From contig OZ059897.1 in assembly GCA_964057225.1 (NCBI GenBank), positions 21,700,001-21,764,000 of the forward strand: 64,000 bases of DNA. The letters run 5' to 3'. The translations under genes and the position numbers were made by a program. Positions 23,701 through 36,635 of this stretch are shown in pieces; within the stretch, counting starts at the first letter, position 1, and each line of letters starts with the position of its first letter. The notes beneath the pieces were generated by a model. The model had not been told where the DNA came from and did not search any database. It worked only from the letters and a program-made list of their open reading frames with translations. This DNA is from Auanema rhodensis (lineage: Eukaryota; Animalia; Nematoda).

Positions 23701-26700
23701 ACGTGAACTTTAATTTATGCTAATTAAATGTACACGTGATGTGCACTTGGTATGTAACTCGCTTCACGTGAAAGATAAAGAGATGCGGTTTTCAAAATTA
23801 GATTAACCATGTCCATATTAGCCTAAAACCAAATTTTTATTGATATTGGTTCATGGTAACCATGACTTTGAAATTTACGTGAACTTTAATTTATGCTAAT
23901 TAAATGTACACGTGATGTGCACTTGGTATGTAACTCGCTTCACGTGAAAGATGAAGAGATGCGGTTTTCAAAATTAGATTCCCCATGTCCATATTAGTCT
24001 AAAAACAAATTTTTATTGATATTGGTTCATGGTAACCATGACTTTGAAATTTACGTGAACTTTAATTTATGCTAATTAAATGTACACGTGATGTGCACTT
24101 GGTATGTAACTCGCTCCACGTGAAAGATAAAGAGATGCGGTTTTCAAAATTAGATTCCCCATGTCCATATTAGTCTAAAAACAAATTTTTATTGATATTG
24201 GTTCATGGTAACCATGACTTTGAAATTTACGTGAACTTTAATTTATGCTAATTAAATGTACACGTGATGTGCACTTGGTATGTAACTCGTTTCACGTGAA
24301 AGATAAAGAGATGCGGTTTTTAAAATTAGATTCCCCATGTCCATATTAGTCTAAAAACAAATTTTTATTGATATTGGTGCATGGTAACCATGACTTTGAA
24401 ATTTACGTGAACTTTAATTTATGCTAATTAAATGTACACGTGATGTGCACTTGGTATGTAACTCGCTTCACGTGAAAGATAAAGAGATGCGGTTTTCAAA
24501 ATTAGATTCCCCATGTCCATATTAGTCTAAAAACAAATTTTTATTGATATTGGTTCATGGTAACCATGACTTTGAAATTTACGTGAACTTTAATTTATGC
24601 TAATTGAATTTACACGTGATGTGCACTTGGTATGTAACTCGCTTCACGTGAAAGATAAAGAGATGCGGTTTTCAAAATTAGATTCCCCATGTCCATATTA
24701 GTCTAAAAACAAATTTTTATTGATATTGGTTCATGGTAACCATGACTTTGAATATTACGTGAACTTTAATTTATGCTAATTGAATGTACACGTGATGTGC
24801 ACTTGGTATGTAACTCGCTTCACGTGAAAGATGAAGAGATGCGGTTTTCAAAATTAGATTCCCCATGTCCATATTAGTCTAAAAACAAATTTTTATTGAT
24901 ATTGGTTCATGGTAACCATGACTTTGAAATTTACGTGAACTTTAATTTATGCTAATTAAATGTACACGTGATGTGCACTTGGTATGTAACTCGCTTCACG
25001 TGAAAGATAAAGAGATGCGGTTTTCAAAATTAGATTCCCCATGTCCATATTAGTCTCAAAACAAATTTTTATTGATATTGGTGCATGGTAACCATGACTT
25101 TGAAATTTACGTGAACTTTAATTTATGCTAATTAAATGTACACGTGATGTGCACTTGGTATGTAACTCGCTTCACGTGAAAGATAAAGAGATGCGGTTTT
25201 CAAAATTAGATTCCCCATGTCCATATTAGTCTAAAAACACATTTTTATTGATATTGGTTCATGGTAACCATGACTTTGAAATTTACGTGAACTTAAATTT
25301 ATGCTAATTAAATGTACACGTGATGTGCACTTGGTATGTAACTTGCTTCACGTGAAAGATAAAGAGATGCGGTTTTCAAAATTAGATTCCCCATCTCCAT
25401 ATTAGTCTAAAAATAAATTTTTATTGATATTGGTGCATGGTAACCATGACTTTGAAATTTACGTGAACTTTAATTTATGCTAATTAAATGTACACGTGAT
25501 GTGCGCTTGGTATGTAACTTGCTTCACGTGAAAGATAAAGAGATGCGGTTTTCAAAATTAGATTCCCCATGTACATATTAGTCTAAAAACACATTTTTAT
25601 TGATATTGGTTCATGGTAACCATGACTTTGAAATTTACGTGAACTTAAATTTATGCTAATTAAATGTACACGTGATGTGCACTTGGTATGTAACTTGCTT
25701 CACGTGAAAGATAAAGAGATGCGGTTTTCAAAATTAGATTCCCCATGTCCATATTAGTCTAAAAACAAATTTTTATTGATATTGGTTCATGGTAACCATG
25801 ACTTTGAAATTCACGTGAACTTTAATTTATGCTAATTAAATGTACACGTGATGTGCACTTGGTATGTAACTCGCTTCACGTGAAAGATAAAGAGATGCGG
25901 TTTTTAAAATTAGATTCCCCATGTCCATATTAGTCTAAAAACAAATTTTTATTGATGTTGGTGCATGGTAACCATGACTTTAAAATTTACGTGAACTTTA
26001 ATTTATGCTAATTAAATGTACACGTGATGTGCACTTGGTATGTAACTCGCTTCACGTGAAAGATAAAGAGATGCGGTTTTCAAAATTAGATTCCCCATGT
26101 CCATATTAGTCTAAAAACAAATTTTTATTGATATTGGTGCATGGTAACCATGACTTTGAAATTTACGTGAACTTTAATTTATGCTAATTAAATGTACACG
26201 TGATGTTCACTTGGTATGTAACTCGCTTCACGTGAAAGATAAAGAGATGCGGTTTTCAAAATTAGATTCCCCATGTCCATATTAGTCTAAAAACAAATTT
26301 TTATTGATATTGGTGCATGGTAACCATGACTTTGAAATTTACGTGAACTTAAATTTATGCTAATTAAATGTACACGTGATGTGCACTTGGTATGTAACTT
26401 GCTTCACGTGAAAGATAAAGAGATGCGGTTTTCAAAATTAGATTCCCCATGTCCATATTAGTCTAAAAACAAATTTTTATTGATATTGGTGCATGGTAAC
26501 CATGACTTTGAAATTTACGTGAACTTTAATTTATGCTAATTAAATGTACACGTGATGTGCACTTGGTATGTAACTCGCTTCACGTGAAAGATAAAGAGAT
26601 GCGGTTTTCAAAATTAGATTCCCCATGTCCATATTAGTCTAAAAACACATTTTTATTGATATTGGTTCATGGTAACCATGACTTTGAAATTTACGTGAAC

Positions 26701-29700
26701 TTAAATTTATGCTAATTAAATGTACACGTGATGTGCACTTGGTATGTAACTTGCTTCACGTGAAAGATAAAGAGATGCGGTTTTCAAAATTAGATTCCCC
26801 ATGTCCATATTAGTCTAAAAACAAATTTTTATTGATATTGGTGCATGGTAACCATGACTTTGAAATTTACGTGAACTTTAATTTATGCTAATTAAATGTA
26901 CACGTGATGTGCACTTGGTATGTAACTCGCTTCACGTGAAAGATAAAGAGATGCGGTTTTCAAAATTAGATTCCCCATCTCCATATTAGTCTAAAAACAA
27001 ATTTTTATTGATATTGGTGCATGGTAACCATGACTTTGAAATTTACGTGAACTTTAATTTATGCTAATTAAATGTACACGTGATGTTCACTTGGTATGTA
27101 ACTCGCTTCACGTGAAAGATAAAGAGATGCGGTTTTCAAAATTAGATTCCCCATGTCCATATTAGTCTAAAAACAAATTTTTATTGATATTGGTGCATGG
27201 TAACCATGACTTTGAAATTTACGTGAACTTAAATTTATGCTAATTAAATGTACACGTGATGTGCACTTGGTATGTAACTTGCTTCACGTGAAAGATGAAG
27301 AGATGCGGTTTTCAAAATTAGATTCCCCATGTCCATATTAGTCTAAAAACAAATTTTTATTGATATTGGTGCATGGTAACCATGACTTTGAAATTTACGT
27401 GAACTTTAATTTATGCTAATTAAATGTACACGTGATGTGCACTTGGTATGTAACTCGCTTCACGTGAAAGATGAAGAGATGCGGTTTTCAAAATTAGATT
27501 CCCCATGTCCATATTAGTCTAAAAACAAATTTTTATTGATATTGGTGCATGGTAACCATGACTTTGAAATTTACGTGAACTTTAATTTATGCTAATTAAT
27601 TGTACACGTGATGTGCACTTGGTATATAACTCGCTTCACGTGAAAGATAAAGAGATGCGGTTTTCAAAATTAGATTCCCCATGTCCATATTAGTCTAAAA
27701 ACAAATTTTTATTGATATTGGTGCATGGTAACCATGACTTTGAAATTTACGTGAACTTTAATTTATGCTAATTAAATGTACACGTGATGTGCACTTGGTA
27801 TATAACTCGCTTCACGTGAAAGATAAAGAGATGCGGTTTTCAAAATTAGATTCTCCATGTCCATATTAGTCTAAACACAAATTTTTATCGATATTGGTGC
27901 ATGGTAACCATGACTTTGAAATTCACGTGAACTTTAATTTATGCTAATTAAATGTACACGTGATGTGCACTTGGTATGTAACTCGCTTCACGTGAAAGAT
28001 AAAGAGATGCGGTTTTCAAAATTAGATTCCCCATGTCCATATTAGTCTAAAAACAAATTTTTATTGATATTGGTTCATGGTAACCATGACTTTGAAATTT
28101 ACGTGAACTTTAATTTATGCTAATTAAATGTACACGTGATGTGCACTTGGTATGTAACTCGCTTCACGTGAAAGATAAAGAGATGCGGTTTTTAAAATTA
28201 GATTCCCCATGTCCATATTAGTCTAAAAACAAATTTTTATTGATATTGGTGCATGGTAACCATGACTTTGAAATTTACGTGAACTTTAATTTATGCTAAT
28301 TAAATGTACACGTGATGTGCGCTTGGTATGTAACTTGCTTCACGTGAAAGATAAAGAGATGCGGTTTTCAAAATTAGATTCCCCATGTACATATTAGTCT
28401 AAAAACACATTTTTATTGATATTGGTTCATGGTAACCATGACTTTGAAATTTACGTGAACTTAAATTTATGCTAATTAAATGTACACGTGATGTGCACTT
28501 GGTATGTAACTTGCTTCACGTGAAAGATAAAGAGATGCGGTTTTCAAAATTAGATTCCCCATGTCCATATTAGTCTAAAAACAAATATTCATTGATATTG
28601 GTTCATGGTAACCATGACTTTGAAATTCACGTGAACTTTAATTTATGCTAATTAAATGTACACGTGATGTGCACTTGGTATGTAACTCGCTTCACGTGAA
28701 AGATGAAGAGATGCGGTTTTCAAAATTAGATTCCCCATGTCCATATTAGTCTAAAAACAAATTTTTATTGATATTGGTTCATGGTAACCATGACTTTGAA
28801 ATTTACGTGAACTTAAATTTATGCTAATTAAATGTACACGTGATGTGCACTTGGTATGTAACTTGCTTCACGTGAAAGATAAAGAGATGCGGTTTTCAAA
28901 ATTAGATTCTCCATGTCCATATTAGTCTAAACACAAATTTTTATCGATATTGGTGCATGGTAACCATGACTTTGAAATTCACGTGAACTTTAATTTATGC
29001 TAATTAAATGTACACGTGATGTGCACTTGGTATGTAACTCGCTTCACGTGAAAGATAAAGAGATGCGGTTTTCAAAATTAGATTCCCCATGTCCATATTA
29101 GTCTAAAAACAAATTTTTATTGATATTGGTTCATGGTAACCATGACTTTGAAATTTACGTGAACTTTAATTTATGCTAATTAAATGTACACGTGATGTGC
29201 ACTTGGTATGTAACTCGCTTCACGTGAAAGATAAAGAGATGCGGTTTTTAAAATTAGATTCCCCATGTCCATATTAGTCTAAAAACAAATTTTTATTGAT
29301 ATTGGTGCATGGTAACCATGACTTTGAAATTTACGTGAACTTTAATTTATGCTAATTAAATGTACACGTGATGTGCACTTGGTATGTAACTCGCTTCACG
29401 TGAAAGATAAAGAGATGCGGTTTTCAAAATTAGATTCCCCATGTCGATATTAGTCTAAAAACAAATTTTTATTGATATTGGTGCATGGTAACCATGACTT
29501 TGAAATTTACGTGAACTTAAATTTATGCTAATTAAATGTACACGTGATGTGCACTTGGTATGTAACTTGCTTCACGTGAAAGATAAAGAGATGCGGTTTT
29601 CAAAATTAGATTCCCCATGTCCATATTAGTCTAAAAACAAATTTTTATTGATATTGGTGCATGGTAACCATGACTTTGAAATTCACGTGAACTTTAATTT

Positions 29701-32059
29701 ATGCTAATTAAATGTACACGTGATGTGCACTTGGTATGTAACTCGCTTCACGTGAAAGATGAAGAGATGCGGTTTTCAAAATTAGATTCCCCATGTCCAT
29801 ATTAGTCTAAAAACAAATTTTTATTGATATTGGTTCATGGTAACCATGACTTTGAAATTTACGTGAACTTTAATTTATGCTAATTAAATGTACACGTGAT
29901 GTGCACTTGGTATGTAACTCGCTTCACGTGAAAGATAAAGAGATGCGGTTTTCAAAATTAGATTCCCCATGTATATATTAGTCTAAAAACAAATTTTTAT
30001 TGATATTGGTGCATGGTAACCATGACTTTGAAATTTACGTGAACTTTAATTTATGCTAATTAAATGTACACGTGATGTGCACTTGGTATGTAACTCGCTT
30101 CACGTGAAAGATAAAGAGATGCGGTTTTCAAAATTAGATTCCCCATGTCCATATTAGTCTAAAAACACATTTTTATTGATATTGGTTCATGGTAACCATG
30201 ACTTTGAAATTTACGTGAACTTAAATTTATGCTAATTAAATGTACACGTGATGTGCACTTGGTATGTAACTTGCTTCACGTGAAAGATAAAGAGATGCGG
30301 TTTTCAAAATTAGATTCCCCATGTCCATATTAGTCTAAAAACAAATTTTTATTGATATTGGTGCATGGTAACCATGACTTTGAAATTTACGTGAACTTTA
30401 ATTTATGCTAATTAAATGTACACGTGATGTGCACTTGGTATGTAACTCGCTTCACGTGAAAGATAAAGAGATGCGGTTTTCAAAATTAGATTCCCCATGT
30501 ATATATTAGTCTAAAAACAAATTTTTATTGATATTGGTGCATGGTAACCATGACTTTGAAATTTACGTGAACTTTAATTTATGCTAATTAAATGTACACG
30601 TGATGTGCACTTGGTATGTAACTCGCTTCACGTGAAAGATAAAGAGATGCGGTTTTCAAAATTAGATTCCCCATGTCCATATTAGTCTAAAAACACATTT
30701 TTATTGATATTGGTTCATGGTAACCATGACTTTGAAATTTACGTGAACTTAAATTTATGCTAATTAAATGTACACGTGATGTGCACTTGGTATGTAACTT
30801 GCTTCACGTGAAAGATAAAGAGATGCGGTTTTCAAAATTAGATTCCCCATGTCCATATTAGTCTAAAAACAAATTTTTATTGATATTGGTGCATGGTAAC
30901 CATGACTTTAAAATTTACGTGAACTTTAATTTATGCTAATTAAATGTACACGTGATGTGCACTTGGTATGTAACTCGCTTCACGTGAAAGATAAAGAGAT
31001 GCGGTTTTCAAAATTAGATTCCCCATGTCCATATTAGTCTAAAAACAAATTTTTATTGATATTGGTGCATGGTAACCATGACTTTGAAATTTACGTGAAC
31101 TTTAATTTATGCTAATTAAATGTACACGTGATGTTCACTTGGTATGTAACTCGCTTCACGTGAAAGATAAAGAGATGCGGTTTCCAAAATTAGATTCCCC
31201 ATGTCCATATTAGTCTAAAAACAAATTTTTATTGATATTGGTGCATGGTAACCATGACTTTGAAATTTACGTGAACTTAAATTTATGCTAATTAAATGTA
31301 CACGTGATGTGCACTTGGTATGTAACTCGCTTCACGTGAAAGATAAGGAGATGCGGTTTTCAAAATTAGATTCCCCATGTCCATATTAGTCTAAAAACAC
31401 ATTTTTATTGATATTGGTTCATGGTAACCATGACTTTGAAATTTACGTGAACTTAAATTTATGCTAATTAAATGTACACGTGATGTGCACTTGGTATGTA
31501 ACTTGCTTCACGTGAAAGATAAAGAGATGCGGTTTTCAAAATTAGATTCCCCATGTCCATATTAGTCTAAAAACAAATTTTTATTGATATTGGTGCATGG
31601 TAACCATGACTTTGAAATTTACGTGAACTTTAATTTATGCTAATTAAATGTACACGTGATGTTCACTTGGTATGTAACTCGCTTCACGTGTAAGATAAAG
31701 AGATGCGGTTTTCAAAATTAGATTCCCCATGTCCATATTAGTCTAAAAACAAATTTTTATTGATATTGGTGCATGGTAACCATGACTTTGAAATTTACGT
31801 GAACTTAAATTTATGCTAATTAAATGTACACGTGATGTGCACTTGGTATGTAACTTGCTTCACGTGAAAGATAAAGAGATGCGGTTTTCAAAATTAGATT
31901 CCCCATGTCCATATTAGTCTAAAAACAAATTTTTATTGATATTGGTGTATGGTAACCATGACTTTGAAATTTACGTGAACTTTAATTTATGCTAATTAAA
32001 TGTACACGTGATGTGCACTTGGTATGTAACTCGCTTCACGTGAAAGATGAAGAGATGCG

Positions 32060-33467
32060 GTTTTCAAAATTAGATTCCCCATGTCCATATTAGTCTAAAA
32101 ACAAATTTTTATTGATATTGGTGCATGGTAACCATGACTTTGAAATTTACGTGAACTTTAATTTATGCTAATTAAATGTACACGTGATGTGCACTTGGTA
32201 TATAACTCGCTTCACGTGAAAGATAAAGAGATGCGGTTTTCAAAATTAGATTCCCCATGTCCATATTAGTCTAAAAACAAATTTTTATTGATATTGGTGC
32301 ATGGTAACCATGACTTTGAAATTTACGTGAACTTTAATTTATGCTAATTAAATGTACACGTGATGTGCACTTGGTATATAACTCGCTTCACGTGAAAGAT
32401 AAAGAGATGCGGTTTTCAAAATTAGATTCTCCATGTCCATATTAGTCTAAACACAAATTTTTATCGATATTGGTGCATGGTAACCATGACTTTGAAATTC
32501 ACGTGAACTTTAATTTATGCTAATTAAATGTACACGTGATGTGCACTTGGTATGTAACTCGCTTCACGTGAAAGATAAAGAGATGCGGTTTTCAAAATTA
32601 GATTCCCCATGTCCATATTAGTCTAAAAACAAATTTTTATTGATATTGGTTCATGGTAACCATGACTTTGAAATTTACGTGAACTTTAATTTATGCTAAT
32701 TAAATGTACACGTGATGTGCACTTGGTATGTAACTCGCTTCACGTGAAAGATGAAGAGATGCGGTTTTCAAAATTAGATTCCCCATGTCCATATTAGTCT
32801 AAAAACAAATTTTTATTGATATTGGTGCATGGTAACCATGACTTTGAAATTTACGTGAACTTTAATTTATGCTAATTAAATGTACACGTGATGTGCACTT
32901 GGTATATAACTCGCTTCACGTGAAAGATAAAGAGATGCGGTTTTCAAAATTAGATTCCCCATGTCCATATTAGTCTAAAAACAAATTTTTATTGATATTG
33001 GTGCATGGTAACCATGACTTTGAAATTTACGTGAACTTTAATTTATGCTAATTAAATGTACACGTGATGTGCACTTGGTATATAACTCGCTTCACGTGAA
33101 AGATAAAGAGATGCGGTTTTCAAAATTAGATTCTCCATGTCCATATTAGTCTAAACACAAATTTTTATCGATATTGGTGCATGGTAACCATGACTTTGAA
33201 ATTCACGTGAACTTTAATTTATGCTAATTAAATGTACACGTGATGTGCACTTGGTATGTAACTCGCTTCACGTGAAAGATAAAGAGATGCGGTTTTCAAA
33301 ATTAGATTCCCCATGTCCATATTAGTCTAAAAACAAATTTTTATTGATATTGGTTCATGGTAACCATGACTTTGAAATTTACGTGAACTTTAATTTATGC
33401 TAATTAAATGTACACGTGATGTGCACTTGGTATGTAACTCGCTTCACGTGAAAGATAAAGAGATGCG
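32060..33467 (+). repeat. Tandem duplication of a 4-monomer (704-bp) unit
   Basis: M183-186 and M187-190: TATATAAC / TATATAAC / TTCTCC+TAAACACA+ATCGAT+ATTCACG / T64; another copy lies at 27484-28187. Confidence 0.88.
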
Positions 33468-36400
33468 GTTTTTAAAATTAGATTCCCCATGTCCATATTA
33501 GTCTAAAAACAAATTTTTATTGATATTGGTGCATGGTAACCATGACTTTGAAATATACGTGAACTTTAATTTATGCTAATTAAATGTACACGTGATGTGC
33601 GCTTGGTATGTAACTCGCTTCACGTGAAAGATAAAGAGATGCGGTTTTCAAAATTAGATTCCCCATGTATATATTAGTCTAAAAACAAATTTTTATTGAT
33701 ATTGGTGCATGGTAACCATGACTTTGAAATTTACGTGAACTTTAATTTATGCTAATTAAATGTACACGTGATGTGCACTTGGTATGTAACTCGCTTCACG
33801 TGAAAGATAAAGAGATGAGGTTTTCAAAATTAGATTCCCCATGTCCATATTAGTCTAAAAACAAATTTTTATTGATATTCGTTCATGGTAACCATGACTT
33901 TGAAATTTACGTGAATTTTAATTTATGCTAATTAAATGTACACGTGATGTGCACTTGGTATGTAACTCGCTTCACGTGAAAGATAAAGAGATGCGGTTTT
34001 TAAAATAAGATTCCCCATGTCCATATTAGTCTAAAAACAAATTTTTATTGATATTGGTGCATGGTAACCATGACTTTGAAATTTACGTGAACTTTAATTT
34101 ATGCTAATTAAATGTACACGTGATGTGCACTTGGTATGTAACTTGCTTCACGTGAAAGATAAAGAGATGCGGTTTACAAAATTAGATTCCCCATGTCCAT
34201 ATTAGTCTAAAAACAAATTTTTATTGATATTGGTGCATGGCAACCATGACTTTGAAATTTACTTGAACTTTAATTTATGCTAATTAAATGTACACGTGAT
34301 GTGCACTTGGTATGTAACTCGCTTCACGTGAAAGATAAAGAGATGCGGTTTTTAAAATAAGATTCCCCATGTCCATATTAGTCTAAAAACAAATTTTTAT
34401 TGATATTGGTGCATGGTAACCATGACTTTGAAATTTACGTGAACTTTAATTTATGCTAATTAAATGTACACGTGATGTGCACTTGGTATGTAACTTGCTT
34501 CACGTGAAAGATAAAGAGATGCGGTTTACAAAATTAGATTCCCCATGTCCATATTAGTCTAAAAACAAATTTTTATTGATATTGGTGCATGGCAACCATG
34601 ACTTTGAAATTTACTTGAACTTTAATTTATGCTAATTAAATGTACACGTGATGTGCACTTGGTATGTAACTCGCTTCACGTGAAAGATAAAAAGATGCGG
34701 TTTTCAAAATTAGATTCCCCATGTCCATATTAGTCTAAAAACAAATTTTTATTGATATTGGTGCATGGTAACCATGACTTTGAAATTCACGTGAACTTTA
34801 ATTTATGCTAATTAAATGTACACGTAATGTGCACTTGGTATGTAACTCGCTTCACGTGAAAGATGAAGAGATGCGGTTTTCAAAATTAGATTCCCCATGT
34901 CCATATTAGTCTAAAAACAAATTTTTATTGATATTGGTTCATGGTAACCATGACTTTGAAATTTACGTGAACTTTAATTTATGCTAATTAAATGTACACG
35001 TGATGTGCACTTGGTATGTAACTCGCTTCACGTGAAAGATAAAGAGATGCGGTTTTCAAAATTAGATTCCCCATGTATATATTAGTCTAAAAACAAATTT
35101 TTATTGATATTGGTGCATGGTAACCATGACTTTGAAATTTACGTGAACTTTAATTTATGCTAATTAAATGTACACGTGATGTGCACTTGGTATGTAACTC
35201 GCTTCACGTGAAAGATAAAGAGATGCGGTTTTCAAAATTAGATTCCCCATGTCCATATTAGTCTTAAAACAAATTTTTATTGATATTGGTGCATGGTATC
35301 CATGACTTTGAAATTTACGTGAACTTTAATTTATGCTAATTAAATGTACACGTGATGTGCACTTGGTATGTAACTCGCTTCACGTGAAAGATAAAGAGAT
35401 GCGGTTTTCAAAATTAGATTCTCCATGTCCATATTAGTCTACAAACAAATTTTTATTGATATTGGTGCATGGTAACCATGACTTTGAAATTTACGTGAAC
35501 TTTAATTTATGCTAATTAAATGTACACGTGATGTGCACTTGGTATGTAACTCGCTTCACGTGAAAGATAAAAAGATGCGGTTTTCAAAATTAGATTCTCC
35601 ATGTCCATATTAGTCTACAAACAAATTTTTATTGATATTGGTGCATGGTAACCATGACTTTGAAATTTACTTGAACTTTAATTTATGCTAATTAAATGTA
35701 CACGTGATGTGCACTTGGTATGTAACTCGCTTCACGTGAAAGATAAAAAGATGCGGTTTTCAAAATTAGATTCCCCATGTCCATATTAGTCTAAAAACAA
35801 ATTTTTATTGATATTGGTGCATGGCAACCATGACTTTGAAATTTACTTGAACTTTAATTTATGCTAATTAAATGTACACGTGATGTGCACTTGGTATGTA
35901 ACTCGCTTCACGTGAAAGATAAAAAGATGCGGTTTTCAAAATTAGATTCCCCATGTCCATATTAGTCTAAAAACAAATTTTTATTGATATTGGTTCATGG
36001 TAACCATGACTTTGAAATTTACGTGAACTTAAATTTATGCTAATTAAATGTACACGTGATGTGCACTTGGTATGTAACTCGCTTCACGTGAAAGATAAAG
36101 AGATGCGGTTTTCAAAATTAGATTCCCCATGTCCATATTAGTCTAAAAACAAATTTTTATTGATATTGGTTCATGGTAACCATGACTTTGAAATTTACGT
36201 GAACTTTAATTTATGCTAATTAAATGTACACGTGATGTGCACTTGGTATGTAACTCGCTTTACGTGAAAGATAAAGAGATGCGGTTTTCGAAATTAGATT
36301 CCCCATGTCCATATTAGTCTAAAAACAAATTTTTATTGATATTGGTTCATGGTAACCATGACTTTGAAATTTACGTGAACTTTAATTTATGCTAATTAAA

Positions 36401-36635
36401 TGTACACGTGATGTGCACTTGGTATGTAACTCGCTTCACGTGAAAGATAAAGAGATGAGGTTTTCAAAATTAGATTCCCCATGTCCATATTAGTCTAAAA
36501 ACAAATTTTTATTGATATTCGTTCATGGTAACCATGACTTTGAAATTTACGTGAACTTTAATTTATGCTAATTAAATGTACACGTGATGTGCACTTGGTA
36601 TGTAACTCGCTTTACGTGAAAGATAAAGAGATGCG

